From the NCBI RefSeq assembly GCF_009914755.1, contig NC_060926.1: a stretch of DNA of 64,000 nt. The stretch is one strand, 5' to 3'. Shown here in pieces: positions 1 to 19,234 of this stretch. The stretch is from the human T2T-CHM13v2.0 reference genome, Homo sapiens. The notes beneath the pieces are model-generated. The model was not told the origin of the DNA, did not search any database, and saw nothing but the letters and a program-made list of their open reading frames with translations. Each line of letters opens with the position of its first letter. Within the stretch, counting starts at the first letter, position 1. A program made the position numbers and the translations under genes.

Positions 1-708
1 ATGAAATAGGAAAATAAAAAATTCTATAGTGAGTTCTTAATCCCTTCTGTACACCATGACTATGGTTCCTCTAATTTTAATCAAATATGGCCTTAGATTT
101 TTATGCATAGACTCAAGTTTAGTTTACAATACTAAATAAACATTTTGTTAATGTGAAAGCGTTCAACAATATATGCATTTAAAAAAATAAACAGTAAGCA
201 GTGTTTAAAAATAGTAAACAAAAAAGTAAATTAAATTGTTGTATTTTGTATGTAACACTAGCAAGTATGTTTTTTAAGTGAGAACCATCAAGGCAGTTCA
301 TTATTTTAAAACAAGTGAAATGGTTGCTTTCAAACACACTTAGAGGATTATAATCACTAAAACTTTTATGGACAGCAATTTGATAACGTATACATAAAAC
401 ATCCATCCTGTTTGATGCAATAGTTACATTCTGACAGTCTTCCACAAGAAACATTGAAACATTTTGATAAGGATTTATTGAGAAAAATGCATTTTGAATT
501 ATTTTTGCTTCCTATATAAGATGTAACAGCAACTAAATATCTAAAAATACAAAGTTGGTTAAGAGAATAATGGCTCATACATTTGATGAGCTATTATTTA
601 ATACACAAAAAGGGTGCATACAAAAACTTTAATGGAATAAGAAAAGTTTCATGATATTATCTTAGTGGGAAAAAGTGGGAAATTAAATTGTATCTGTGGT
701 GTGCATGA

Positions 709-1182
709 TGTATTAGTTTTCCATTGTCACTGCAATAAATTAGTATAAACTTAGTTTAAAACAGCACAAATTTATTATCTTACAGTTCTGGAAGTCAGTA
801 AAATCAGTCTCAGCGGGCTAAAATTGAAGTGTTGTCAGGGCTAGTTTCTTCTGGAGACTCTACAGGAGAATTAGATTTTTTGCCTTTAAGTTTTTAGAAG
901 CTGCCTTCATTCTTTGGCTTATAGTCCCTGTCATATTGCCTTTTCTCCCTCTGTTTCCACTGTCACATAGGCTTCTCTGTCACTGACCCGTTGGTATCCA
1001 CTTTATAGGAGCCTTATGATTACATTGGGCCCAATCAGATAATCCAGGATTTATCTTCCCGTCTTGAAATCCTTTACTTAACACATCTGAAAGTCACTTG
1101 TGTCATGTAAGGTAACATTATTTATAGGTTCCTGGAATTAGGATGTGAACATCATTTTGGGGACATTATTTTTTCTACCACA
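709..1182 (-). mobile_element. MaLR LTR, MLT1B/C-like
   Basis: Starts tgtattagtt...aaatttattatcttacagttctggaagtcag and ends ...ctaccaca, i.e. the reverse complement of an MLT1 LTR with TG...CA ends. Subfamily is from memory. Confidence 0.75.
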
Positions 1183-1329
1183 CATGGAATAACTATATTT
1201 GTTATTTAAACAAGGACACTGTTGAAAATTAAAGAGGGCGTTATTAATAATTATTTCAGGATAACAGAGGTAAAGAGGAGCTCTTCTTAGAAAATCCAGA
1301 TAGTAACCTAAGTACACGGCTAGAGTGAT

Positions 1330-2010
1330 AAGAAATGACAAGCTCTCTGAGTTTAAACAGATTTCCTTTCTTTGAAAGTGTCATGTTTTTGTTATCTTGA
1401 AAAACTAGTTTTTTCCTTTTTCTTTGTAGTTCTGGAATGTCACCATTATGTGCCTAGTCGTGGATCTTTTAACTCACTATACTCAAGGAAGCTCATTATA
1501 CTCAAGGATTCTTGGATTCTCAGACTCAAGAGAAACACTAAGAAATTTCTATTATTACTCTGACTTTTTCACCTCAAATATTTTTTCTCTTTCCTCTTTC
1601 TGAAACTTCATATATGTGTGTGTCTGTATGCATGCATATATATACATATACACACACATATTCATATACATATTGACCCTTCTAAGTGGGTTCTCAATTT
1701 CTCTTAAATTTTTGTTGTATTTTCTATCTCTTTTTGAGATTCTGAGATTTAGTACACTTTATGTTCCTATTTACTACTATACTCAGCTTAACTTGCCTGC
1801 TTTATGGATCTGTGGACTTTGATTTTGAAACATCTCACATGTTTGCCCAGCATTTCTTCTGCTCTGGTTTCTCTTTCAATATTTTCCCTTGCACATTTCA
1901 GCTTCATAAAAGTTATTAGAATTTCTGGTTCTCTGATGGTATCTTTTTCTGTTCTTAGTGCTGATATAGATTAATTCATTTTTAAACATTTCTGCAATAA
2001 TTTAAATGAA
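1330..2010 (-). mobile_element. Old L1M (L1ME-like) fragment with embedded TG/TA/CA microsatellite
   Basis: T-rich antisense L1-like text (ttctggaatgtcaccattatgtgcctag..gtggatctttt). Boundaries are approximate. Confidence 0.4.
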
Positions 2011-2177
2011 ATTTGAGGAGCACATGTTATGTTTACATTAGCTTTCCAACTGAAGCTACATTGTGGCTGCATATTATTTCACTGTACAAAAAGGTTATAA
2101 TTAGCTTACCCAGGTACTTAATATAAGTTGTTTCTACTTTAATAGCTATTATGATATTAAGTATTCCATGCTGGATA

Positions 2178-2208
2178 AACACACACACACATACACACAC
2201 AAACACAC
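2178..2208. repeat. Imperfect (CA)n microsatellite
   Basis: acacacacacacatacacacacaaacacac. Confidence 0.85.
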
Positions 2209-2477
2209 GTGCACATAAATTAGGGAACATATCTGTGATTATTTCCCTATTAAGGGACAAGGATATGTTGAATTGAGGTTTTCCTTTTCCACAAGAAAGA
2301 TTGCAAATTTAAAATTTCTACTAATTGGTCTGAGATTGTTCAGATGGTAGAGTTTCATTATCTGATAGTCATGTTCTATAAAGTGAAGGAATACTGAACC
2401 ATTGCTTCTAGGAGAAATGAAGGCTCAAATTCCTGAAGATCTCTGGTCACATTTCATCAACCAATAAATACATAACC

Positions 2478-2939
2478 TTGTTTTATGTGTGTTTATTTTT
2501 AAAGATGCCTTATTTCATATTTTTTAAATTAATTAACATTGAATTCATGGCCAACATCACTATCACTCATGCCTGAATGAAGCCTATCTAACAAACATAT
2601 TTTCTCTGTGAGGTACATCACAATCTTCTCGAGCTTAGGAACACTAGCTAGACTTCCTCACTATGCTTGGGAGCTGAAATCAAGCCACTTAAAATAGAGA
2701 AATCACCAGCAGAAAGCAAAATGATGCAAAACACCTGGCACTAGAAAGACCATGAAAAGGACACTTATTTACAATGTGAGAGTTGAACCATGAAGGCAGA
2801 GAAGGCCTTATTGGACCTTAGTTAGAAACATGTGGGTTGGGCGTGAAAGCACTGTGAGCATTGATTTGGAGATTACAAAATATTTTAGTGAGTGGGCAAT
2901 TCATAAATGTAAAATCACAAATAATGAGAATAGATTGTG
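2478..2939. mobile_element. TcMar-Tigger non-autonomous DNA transposon (MER82-like)
   Basis: gccaacatcactatcactcatgcctgaatgaagc...ttaggaacactag...aaaaggacacttatttaca..., ending in a Tigger-type TIR-like aataatgagaatagattgtg. Confidence 0.65.
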
Positions 2940-4129
2940 TTTCCTTTCTACATATTCCATAACATCTATTAACAACTTTGGAATACAAAAATTAATCCCC
3001 CCAAAATTCGAGTTTTTCTTTTTTTTGAACTAGACTGCTTTATTTCAGGGAGCTCTCAAGCTTCTTGTTACTTTGTTAACTAATCATTGAATTTTCCCTC
3101 TTGGTCAATCATACAAAATTTAGAATTAATACAATACTATCATTCCCCCCTTTTCAATAAACTTACTGTGTAATCTTCAGCTTGGCATATATTAACTGGG
3201 AGCAAAATTTTGACACTGCGAAAGAAAAGATTCAGTGATATCATTAGTTATCCCACCTATATGCTTAGTCTTATAAAACCTAGGACTGCATGTATCATGT
3301 TGAAAAGATACTTCAACCTTTGCCTAACACCAGTGTCCCAATCAGGGATCTACTTTCATTTTTCATTTACTGGACCATTACTAATGTCCAATTGACAAGT
3401 TTATTAAGCTTTGCCCTCACCCACTTTGATCTACAAACCTGCTCAGTTCAGAGGAGAGAATACAAGACCCACTGCTATTCGTTTTACAGAAATTCAAATG
3501 TTCTTTATTTATAAATATAAAAGAGGGTTTGATTCAGTTTCCAGAAGAAGAGAAGACTTGAAGAGTTACACTGAGGACTACCTGATGGCTCTGTAGGTGG
3601 AGAAGGAAGGCCAGTACAAAGGAAAGTGCAGGAGTTCAGATTAGAAGAGACACATCCATGGCTTAAGAGAGTAGCAATTCTAAAACATTCTAAATATTCT
3701 AAAATATTATAGAATGGAAATCTGGATACAATGGTGACTCTACAAATGGAGCACCATAAACCAGTTGTAGAATGCATTTCTATGAAGTCCAGAAATGTAT
3801 TGATATTCACTTCAAGATCTCTTGCCTGTTAGAATGAGGATGGTGATTGAGGAGGTAATGGAGAAAAGGTTAAATCATCTCTCCAAGTCATATTCTTCTT
3901 TTTGAGCATCTAATTTAGATTTCTTACAGAAAAAGTGTTTTAAAAGAATAAAACATAGACATGAATCTGGATAAATAATATTGTTTGTATCAGTCACGGA
4001 CTGGAACCATGAGAACATATGACATGAACTACATGTTGGTGTTAAATAAAATAATTAATGCAATGTAATATAAAATAGATCACTAGGAAATTCAGGAGGG
4101 GAAATTTTTGAAGCAGTTCCATAGAAACA

Positions 4130-4300
4130 GAGCTACTCTGGGAGTCAGGAGTTCTGGGAGATGCAAAATCCAAAGCGGGTTCTTGCACCCACTCTGGGAT
4201 ATTTTGGCCAGTCAGGTTCTTGGTGCTTTGGGTTCCTCAATTGTAAGATGACAGAGGTAAACTAAGTGATCTCTAAAACAGTCCCAATATCTACTATTCA
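4130..4300 (+). mobile_element. MIR SINE fragment
   Basis: ctgggagtcaggag...ttcctcaattgtaagatg...gatctctaaa resembles the MIR core. Confidence 0.5.
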
Positions 4301-4740
4301 ACAAGTCACAGTAATAGACAGAGAAGTAGGAAAATTGTGTTTTAAGTTCCTGTCTTAGATGCTGTAAAGAAGAAAGTGATACTTCTACAAAGTCAAAGAG
4401 ATTGACGTTGGAGAGATCCTCTTCTGATTTAGCAAGGACATAGTTATTGACCACATTAGATATCATCTGATTATAATTAAGTTATGGAACATTTAAGTGG
4501 GGAAGATAAAGAGAGAAATAAACATATTTATATTCCAAATATAGCAATAACTAAAAAAATCGGCAAGTCATATCTCACATACATAGACATGAGAAGAAAT
4601 GTGGTCACTGGACATTGCCCTTTTTCTATTTTTACAAATGCTTTCTTTAGTTTTTTCCAGAGGGTGGTGAGGTACATAGGGTAGAGTACATAGTTAATTT
4701 TATATAATTATAAACGAGTGTATTTGAATAAAAATTCTAC

Positions 4741-5268
<528 letters not shown>

Positions 5269-5355
5269 TAAAGCTGGGTAAAGTAAATTTTTTACAGATA
5301 GATTGAATTTTATTAAATATTTAGAGTGGTATATTTTCATTTCACTCTTATGTAA

Positions 5356-5753
<398 letters not shown>

Positions 5754-6807
5754 TGAGAAATATAATAGTATTTCTAAGAAGTCTCTGGAAAATAGACCAT
5801 AATTTTTTTTATTATATTCAAAATGCAAATTTTGCCTTTTGCTAACCAGATAAAAATACTTATGATTTTCGTATTTGCTTAGTTACAGGTATTAACTGAG
5901 CAAAATTGTTAAAATGTGTTTGATTTTGTTTGGATAGGGATTTGTTTTCATGTTTTCAAACTAAAGTTGAGAATCTTTTCCAGTGGCATTCTTAACTCAT
6001 AGATATGATGTGAAAATTGTAGTTGCCTTAATCCTGCTCTTGTTGTCTTTAGGAAAACTGTGACTCATATCAGTAGCTTATTACCAAAGTTACATGGCTA
6101 TTAGAGTTTGAGCCTTGGGATAGAAGAGTAAACATTCTGCTTTTGTCATGAGATACTGTTTTTTTGGCTATAGTATTCCCTCTAAGGCAGCCTCTAAGAA
6201 AAGCATCATTTATCTTAGTTTAGCTATGAGAAGTCTACAGAAATCCTTTCCTCATTTTAAAAAAATGAGTTTTCAGAAATATCCACAAATATTCAATGAA
6301 TAGTTAAGCACAAAACTGTGTAATGTTTAGTAACACTCAACAGATGTTTTGCTAAGCCTTTTTTAAAAATTATAAATCAATAAATACATAAAGAAAAAAC
6401 ACCTTGAAAATCTTTATATCCTTTAATGGTAAAATAGGACAGTATGAATTCTCATCTAGTCCTATGGTTTTCACATTGGGAGTAAAAGCGCTTGGATTTA
6501 ATGAGAAGTGTTCTGTTGGAATGAAAGAAAACTGAATTTCTTAACTCTAGGCAGTAGCTTATTAGCACAGTATTGTTCTCTGGTAAATACCTTTGCTTCC
6601 ATTTTCTCACCTGCTTCCACTCGTAAATTCTCACCTCCTGCAATAGAAACTTTGCCTCTTAGTGACTTTGTGGTTGAAACTAGAGAAAAGCTGTTTACTC
6701 AGCAACATCTAGTATTTTGCTGCTTCTTCCTGGGTGATTAGATTTAGAAATCATGAAAATGGAGGCTTTTTTCTTCTACTTTTTGTTTGGCAAGCATGTT
6801 CTAATTC

Positions 6808-7101
6808 TTTTTTTTTTTTTGAGACAAGAGTTTCGCTCTGTCACGCAGGCTGGAATGCAGTGGCACGACCTCACCTCACTGCAAACTCTGCCTCCGGGGT
6901 TCACGCCCTTCTGCCTCAGCCTCCCAAGTAGCTGAGACTACAGGTGCCTGCCACCATGCCCAGCTAATTTTTTTTGTATTTTTAGTAGAGATGGGATTTC
7001 ACCATGTTAGCCAGGATGGTCTCGATCTCCTGACCTTGTGATCTGCCTGGCTCAGCCTCCCAAAGTGCTGGGATTACAGGCGTGAGCCACCGCGCCAGGC
7101 C
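6808..7101 (-). mobile_element. AluY-like
   Basis: Antisense Alu with Y-type gttagccaggatggtctcgatctcc and ttcacgcc; TSD aagcatgttctaattctt on both sides. Confidence 0.95.
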
Positions 7102-8009
7102 AAGCATGTTCTAATTCTTAAAATTGATCTGCCAATGACTGTGGAAAAGGTAATCACTTATTTCATACAGCAATAATTTATTATTAATATTTTTTAAAAA
7201 TACTAAAAATTAACCTCATATCACAAACTTTTTTTTCTCATAAACTGTTGTGTCACTAGTATAATCTAGAATTTAGGAGGGGAGTTATTTTTTAAAGAAA
7301 TCACTTATTTGTGATTTTTTTTTTCCTAAAAGGATGATTTAAAAATTATCTTTTGACTTTTCAAAATCAAACTTTTTCTCCTTGAGTTTAAATATTTATT
7401 ATGTTTCAAATGTCTTAGGAAAAATAAAAGATAATTTTTTCATGTACTGATAGTATATACATTAATTTTCCAGAGCTCTGTCTAACTAGTGCTGATTGAT
7501 CACCAGAGCACTAATTTCTTCACATTATGCATGCAAATATAAAACTGCTCTCTTGTCTGTGTTATTTCTGGCTTTTAAATGTGTTTACAATATTTTAGAA
7601 AGTTGCTTAGTTTTTGAATTTGTCAAATGCCGCATATATCAGTAAGCAAAATAAAGGCCATTAAAAAATTACAGCAGAATTAAAATTTCAAGGCAGAAGT
7701 ATGTCACTCTCACACGATAAGCCAAAAGAGGTCAGACTTGTCTTTCTAATTATTTCCAGAGACCTGCCCTACAAATCAGGAACCATCACATGGATACATA
7801 AAAGTGTCTTTAATTGTGAAAGCAACTATGCAAATTATTCATTGCTATCATCCCTGATCAATTCCCAGATTATTTTCAAACTGAGAGACCCAAAATGACA
7901 TAATTTTAAGGGAGTTACATGGAATAGTCACTTTGATAATTGTGTACTCATTTTAACATACTAGAAAAATATGATATATTAAAACAAAGCTTTGACTGAT
8001 ATTGTTTAG

Positions 8010-8640
8010 GATAAAGCTAAATAAAATTTATAAATAAGTCGATTTAAATAAAACATTAAGGAGAAAATTGGACCCTATTGTAGGAGCTTGACTATGGCAG
8101 CCATTCTAAGGGTAGCATGTGATTGAGGTTCAGTAAAGTGAGGTCCAAAGCAGCCCTTTTGGCTCTGTAGGTATTATTTGATTGAAAGGAGTCAAGATTT
8201 CTCTAAGAACTCTCAGAGTAAGGAGCCTTGTTTTGGGGAAGATGTCCATGAGTGGCATACATAGCAGAACTGTGAGCAAGATGGCACTTCAGAGCCACTG
8301 CTGTCACCATCTCTCTCCTTGAATCTTGGTCTTTTTCTCCCTCTGGTGCTTCTGCTGTCTCCCATCTCCTCCATAAGATTTCTTCCTCTACCCTCCTTCC
8401 AACTTCAACTATTGCTCTAAATAACTTAATGACTATGGTGTTTCCCTATGTATGTTCCCAAAAGTTATTTCCCAGACCTTGCTCTCTAAATTTAGATGGT
8501 CTTGAGTTAAGCACCGCACCTTTGGTATAATCAGTTATGGCCAGGGTGCTGCAGGGATGCCAGATCTACTTAGAGCTGTGAGCAGGGCATGTTCATTCAG
8601 ACAGTCTGTGAGCTGAAGAAGACAGTTTGATGTCATCTCC
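8010..8640 (-). mobile_element. Old ERVL/MaLR LTR (LTR33/MLT1-like), degenerate
   Basis: Motif tttggtataatcagttatggccaggg...gagctgtgagcagggca resembles old LTR33/MLT1 sequence. Family and ends are uncertain. Confidence 0.3.
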
Positions 8641-9119
8641 AGGATATCATTAATGTCACCCAGGAGGAAATTGAGGCCTAGGAATGATTATACAGCAAAT
8701 GAATACACATTCAAGACTAGAGTCCATTGGGTTCATTGCTAATCAAATATTATCCCCATTTATCTGAAAATATTTATTATGCATCATCAGCACATGAGAT
8801 ATTATGAAGTAACTAAAAGTGATTTAGCCATAGAGTCTTTCCCCTTTAGAAAACTAATATAGGAAATAGATCCCAGCAATGTCGAGAATTATTATGGACT
8901 GTGGAAATGAATAGGTTTAGACTACTATAAAGTTGTGAAACAATGAAGGTTCATTTCCTGAATCTACTGAATTTCTTTGATTTTTTTTTTTTCATTTCCT
9001 TTTGTGTCTTTCCTTTCCAGGGGCCTAGTACTATCATGACATGTCTTGTTCTAGAATTCTCTTCTTTTCCTCACTCAGTCCCTATCAAGCTAGATATATT
9101 TGCTCCCCAAAGAAAAAAA

Positions 9120-9220
9120 TGTTTCTTTCAGCTCTTTTTTCTTCTTTTCCTTTCCTTTCCTTCCTCCCTTCTTTCCTTTCTTTCTTCCCTATTTCTATCC
9201 TTCCTTTCTCTTTCTTTCCA
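9120..9220. repeat. CT-rich low-complexity tract
   Basis: cttcttttcctttcctttccttcctcccttctttcctttc... Confidence 0.85.
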
Positions 9221-9633
9221 ACATTGCCAACTGACAAACAACCCTTCTCAGGTAAGATTTTTTAAAAGGAAGAACCTCTGGAACTATATTTATTTTTTTG
9301 TGCGTCACTGATTACTTTTTTGTTCCATTGTTTACATTTCCCGTCATCTTACTGACTGCCTACTGCTGTTCTTCAAGAGCTCTATATTTGTATCTCTTTG
9401 CTTTTCTATTTTATTGAGTCTATTGTCATGTCATATATTTTTGCATCCCTTCTTCTTATATTATCAGTTTCTAATCATATTTCCAACTGCTTTTATAATA
9501 TTTATATGGGTATCACATTATTGCCTCATCTTAATGCTTTGAAAATTAAAGCATCACATTGGCCCTGCTCTGCAATAGGGATATTCCTATCCTAGGAATT
9601 AGTTCTAAATAACTAATTTTCATCAATGATCAG

Positions 9634-9784
9634 TTTTTTTTTGTTTGTTTGTTTTATTTTGTTTGTTTTTTTTTTTTTTTTTGAGACGGAGTCTTGCACT
9701 GTTGCTTAGGCTGGAGTGCAGTGGCACGATCTTGGCTCACTGCAAGCTCCGCCTCCTGGGTTCACCCATTGTCCTGCCTCAGCC
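9634..9784 (-). mobile_element. 5'-truncated AluY-like right-arm fragment
   Basis: Long T/TTTG tail plus about 100 nt of the Alu 3' end (caagctccgcctcc); TSD caatgatcag at 9624-9633 and 9784-9793. Confidence 0.92.
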
Positions 9785-11407
9785 AATGATCAGGTCTTTA
9801 ACTTGATCTTTAGTCTTCTCTTTCTTGAATTTCAGGATGTTACCACTTTTTGCCTTTATTAATAATGTGCGTGTGGATATTCAAAAATTTTTAAATCTAT
9901 TTTCCTCTATATTCAAACCCTTCCTTTCCTTCAAGAACCCAAAACCTACCACACTCATAAAATTATCAGACTGCCACAGCATTTGGTAACCTCTATAACT
10001 GTATTTTTCTGACACCACATGAATTAGCAATCATTAGGTTAAAGAGATATTTTAAGAATAGGAATTAATATTTCTAGAAATAAAACATCTAAAAAATGGT
10101 TTATAAAAAGTCACTTTTTTAGGCTAATCAAACATAATATAGTCATTATAATGTTACTATAGGCAGAGAAACTTACAGGGCTGATGTACAGTATTAATTT
10201 TTAGGTTCATTTTAACATGCAGTTATTGGGTCCAGATATTATAATAGAGTGGAAAGATTCAACTGTCTATTAATAAAAGACTAGAAGCAATCATGGCACC
10301 TCCATACAGTAGGCTGTTTTATAGTTTTGAAGAAGCTTGGCATATGTCCTGCAAGACCATTGAGTCAAGGGAAAAAGCACATTGCAGAAGAGGATACACA
10401 ATCTAATATATGCATACAACAAATGTTCATACAAATATGTACACACATTTTATATTTGTACAGGGTCAGTGTTGAAAATGGTGCAACAAATTGTCCACAC
10501 TGGCTTCTACTAAGGTAATGTAATAGTTACTTTATACATTTTATTATATTTTGAAATTTCCCAATAAGCCTAAATTAATATTATAATAAAACAAATGTAT
10601 TACAAACAACAAAAAAAAATAAAGAACATTGGAAAAATAAATGCTATCACTTTAACGGACATACTCATTCCATTTCTAGTTGTTTAATAATTGTGAAAGT
10701 GAAAAAAGTCTCATGTTACAGTACATTCATTCTATATGAAATATTAACAACTTTAATACTTAATAGTTGCAAGTGTCATTTATAAATAAAGTTATATTTT
10801 TAAATTATTTCATTATTTTGGTGCTGTTTATAAGGCTTCAAAAGATACTCATATTACTTGAGAAATATATGTTGTCTTTTCTTCTAGGTGTTATAAACTT
10901 TAAACAAATTTAATTTGCTGTGTATTTTAGTTGAATATGGAGACCGACCTGCTGAAGTAAAAATAATAGTAAAAGTAACTCTATATCATTCAAAAATGGC
11001 ATGCTGTTATAATTTTATAGTTTCATTTATAATTTTACAGTTTGTAATTTCATCCAGTTCTCTACGACAACATACTTGATTCTTTTGGGATTAGACTTTG
11101 GAGCAATAAGATGTGATTTTTTTTCTTAAAGTCATTGTAATCTAAAATTGTCCAGGTCTCACAAATCTTGCTGCTCTTTTTTTTTTTCATTATTTTTTAT
11201 TATTATACTTTTAAGTTTTAGGGTACATGTGCACAATGTGCAGGTTAGGTACATATGTATACCTGTGACATGCTGGTGCGCTGCACCCACTAACTCGTCA
11301 TCTAGCATTAGGTATATCTCCCAATGCTATCCCTCCCCCTTTCCCCCACCCCACAACAGTCCCCAGAGTGTGATGTTCCCCTTTCTGTGTCCATGTGTTC
11401 TCATTGT

Positions 11408-13937
<2,530 letters not shown>

Positions 13938-14045
13938 AGGAACAACCGGTACCAGCCGCTGTAAAATCATGCCAAAATGTAGAGACCATCGAGACTAGGA
14001 AGAAACTGCATCAACTAATGAGCAAAATAACCAGCTAACATCATA

Positions 14046-15536
<1,491 letters not shown>

Positions 15537-16739
15537 TAGGGATTGCTGTTTTCTGCTATCTGTGGAAGCCCAAGGACAGAAAGGTTGTACGCAGGCAGCA
15601 CTTCCTTTCAGCTTTACCTTACCAGAGACTTGCTGTTTGGAACACAGAAATGGGTGAGGACACTCCACTCTTACCGTTTTGCCCCCATCTCATCCTGGCA
15701 ATGCTTGTGTTGTGGTTCCTTTACCTATAACTTCCTCCTGTCAAGACTTGTAGGAGGTTTAGGAGAGGCTGTTCTGGGGAATGTGCAGTTTGTGTCTGTT
15801 GCTGCTTCCTTTTCTTGGTTCCTGGTTCCCACCTCTCAGGCATGCACCAGACATCCTCCTTAGACTTCCTTAACGAAGGACACCTTCTCTGCATGCAAAT
15901 CAGCTCTTAAAAATGGATACCTGGGGGTGAATCAATGTCTAACCTAATTCTAAATATAAATTTAAGCTTAGCCTGCAATTCTGTGACATGAAACAGATTT
16001 ATAAGTTTGCTTAACATTATCTATACACTATGGTCATGTAAAATTGCTTTGACTGGAAACCTGAGAAAAACATTTTTACTTACAATTTCTTTTTAAAAAT
16101 TTGCTTTCTTTCAGAGTTTGAATTGGTATTTCCAAGAACCAGATAATAATTACAAATTTCTATTCTTTTGCAGTTTTGCTCCTTTCCCATAATTCTGGTA
16201 CTCCAGAAAGTAGAACTAACCAAATAAATGTGCAATTTGATTTAAAATTGTACCACTGGTCCTGACAGTAAGAACAATTGTAATTTTGCCTTAACGTCCT
16301 TTTTTCACACTTACCAGATGCCTTGAAACTGTAAATACATTTTAAAAACATGTGGAGAAACTTTTTTTCCCACTTCCTACTTATTTTGTTCTAACTGTAT
16401 TTCACAATTCCCTGTTGCTCCGGTGATTTATGTGTTTGCCATTTTGTCTGTGATGAAAATATTTGTAAAGTTACCTTCAGTAAAAAGACTATATCCATTA
16501 ACTTAAGAATGGCATGATACTTTAAATTTTTAAAATGAATTTGATAAGGGAATTATTTTAGAAAAATAAAGACTTTAAGTTTGATGTTTTGGTTTATTTT
16601 TCAATAAGATGACAAACGAAGGGTAAAGTACATGGAAGACTAGATGAGAGGGCTATCACAGGAAGAACCCATAGACTTTAGATACATATGCAAAGGGATT
16701 TAATAATCTATTCACCAATTTGGTGAGGGAGGGATTCTT

Positions 16740-17180
16740 GTTTTAGGATTATGGGGATAGACTAATACACAATATTCACACTAGATTGTACAGATGAAAT
16801 TGATAGCAGATTATCACATATACACACTCCTAGCACAGGGAAAGAGGATACAGCACACCACCGTGGGCCACATGAAGTTGCACTCAAAAGCAGAAGGAAC
16901 AAGTAGAGGCTGTGGGAGAGAGGCTTCATAGTGTCAAGAGAGCAGGGTGACACCTGATTCCCATGGGAGGATGTGGTTGGCTTATTTGAAAAATTCCACC
17001 ACTGGCAGAAAATTGAAACCTGCTACTCAGGTATCAGCAAGAACTCCACCTAGTCCCTTTGATAAGGAGCCTTGTTTGGCTGGGGGACCTTATCCACAGG
17101 AGCATAATGGAGAAGGGAGCTTGTGCGTAAGCCATTTGAGTCCTTATTGGTTTCACCAGAGGGCCTTAGTTTTGGCATTA
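16740..17180 (-). mobile_element. ERVL-class LTR (MER54/MER74-like)
   Basis: gggccacatgaagttgcactc...ggctgtgggag...ttcccatgggaggatgtggttggcttatttgaa resembles this LTR group. Ends are approximate. Confidence 0.45.
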
Positions 17181-17459
17181 CAACTCAAAATGACTCCTGT
17201 GTTGTCTTTACTTACGAGGAACAAATACCTTCTCTAGTAGTTAAAAAAAAAAAAAAAAGATGTTTTATTACAAAGGCAAAAACAAGGGCTCTTATGGATG
17301 TCCAAGGCCCTGCACTATGGGAAGAGTTCAAGACCCTAAACCTGTATTCTATGTTCTCCAAGAGCAGTCCTCTTTCTCTCATTCGTGGATGATATGCTCG
17401 AATATGTGTAGAGCATCCTTGCAAGTAGGGAGCTACTTACACTTTCTCTTCCTAATAAT

Positions 17460-18222
17460 TGTCAACAAAAAGAGTCAAACTCTGTAAAATATTTTAAGAG
17501 ATTTATTCTGAACCAAATATGAATGACCATGGCCCATGACACAGCCCTTAGGAGGTCCTGAGAACATGTGCTCAAGGTGGTCAGGGTGCAGCTTGGTTTT
17601 ATATATTTTTAGGGAGGCATGAGACATCAGTCAAATACACTTAAGAAATACATTGGTTTGGTTCAGAAAGGCAGGACAACTCCAAGTTGGGGGTCTTCCA
17701 GGCTATAGGTAAATTTAGACATTTTCTGGTTTACAATTGGCTGAGTTTATCTGAAGAACTAGGATCAATGGAAAGGAATGTTTAGGTTAAGATAAAGGAT
17801 TGTGGAGACCAAGTTTTATGGTGCAGAGGAATCTGTCAGATAGCTGACTTCAGAGAGAGAGAGCAGGTTATAAAATGTTTCTTATCAGACCTAAAAGGGT
17901 ACCTGGCTCTTATTTGATTGTCTCCTTGACCTGGAAAGAAAGGAAGGAAAACAAAGGGGAAAGAGGATTCTCTATAGGATGTGGATTTTTCCCACAGGAT
18001 ACTTTGCAGGGCAATTTCAAGGTATGGCAAGGAAATATATTTTGGGGTTAAATATTTTTTCCTTGTCTTGTAATGTTATGCCAGAGTCAGACTGAAAAGT
18101 AAGTCACAATATATAGGGTCAAATAAAATCCATCTAATGCCAATTTATGGTTGTCAGGCATGACTCCCTAGACCACTTAGGTAGGAATTTGGGTAAGATA
18201 AAAAATCAGAACTTAGTCCTCA
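17460..18222 (-). mobile_element. ERV1 solo LTR, MER4D/E-like
   Basis: tgtcaacaaaaagagtcaaactctgtaaaatattt ... cttagtcctca; 4-bp TSD taat at 17456-17459 and 18223-18226. Confidence 0.88.
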
Positions 18223-19234
18223 TAATCTTGTATGTTTCTCTTGAGAGTCTTGACTTTCCAGCTACAGTGCTTGCTAACAACTCTTTCTATGCTTTCCAGT
18301 TCCAATTCCAAAGAGATCTGATGATCTCTTTTGCCATTGTTGCAGAGGGATTAACACATGGCCAGGTTATGAATGAGCTGCTTCTGAGACAGGCATCCAT
18401 TCTTATTATACTCAGTGGTAGCTAAAATAGATGTGGAGACACATAACAAAACATGGCTAAATAAAGAAGCAGAAATTGAGGGCATGGGTTTCCTCATCAA
18501 GGAAAGATGTGGGAAGCAAGACCTTCTGAAATATGCATACCAAAATACCCCAGAGCCTCAAACCAGTTCTGCACTGCATTTTTTTCTTTCATAAAATAAA
18601 ACTTTAATTTTTTAACTACCAAGTCAAACTAGTGAATCAGCCTTGGCTTTTCCCTCTTTCTTCTTTCCACTCCCCATCTGTATTTTTGACAAACTAAAGA
18701 TGTGAAGTTTTCTTTCTTAATATTTCTCTCTTCCTTTGAAATATAAAGACATTACCCAGATCCAGGCTCCTTTCCCTTCAGCGTGAATCTGTTACAGCTG
18801 TCCTCTGGCACCTTTAGGGATCCTGTACCTCCAGAATCTCTCTTTGTCAGTCCCTGCTGTACCCAGCCCAACCAATCCTAATGAAACACCAGTTTCAAAT
18901 AGGCTTATGTATCTCCCTATTCTTCCAGAATTGTCCTCAAGGCAATACCTTGAATTGACTCCTATCTTTCTATGTATCTGCCCTATTTCCTGACAAAAGG
19001 AGGCTAACTTTAGGGAATTTTACACCTGCATAGACAACTGGAATTGCAGGTTAGGATGAGATTAAGATCAAGATTGTTATATGTTTTGCTGCATTTGTTG
19101 TTTTCCAAACCAGATCATAACCCCCTGGAGGATAGGAATTAAGTCAGGTTCTTTTTACCCTAGAACCCATTCAATCATATACACTTTGATGTTGATTTCT
19201 TTATACTTTGAAAGCATTTATAGGAAGTTATTTG

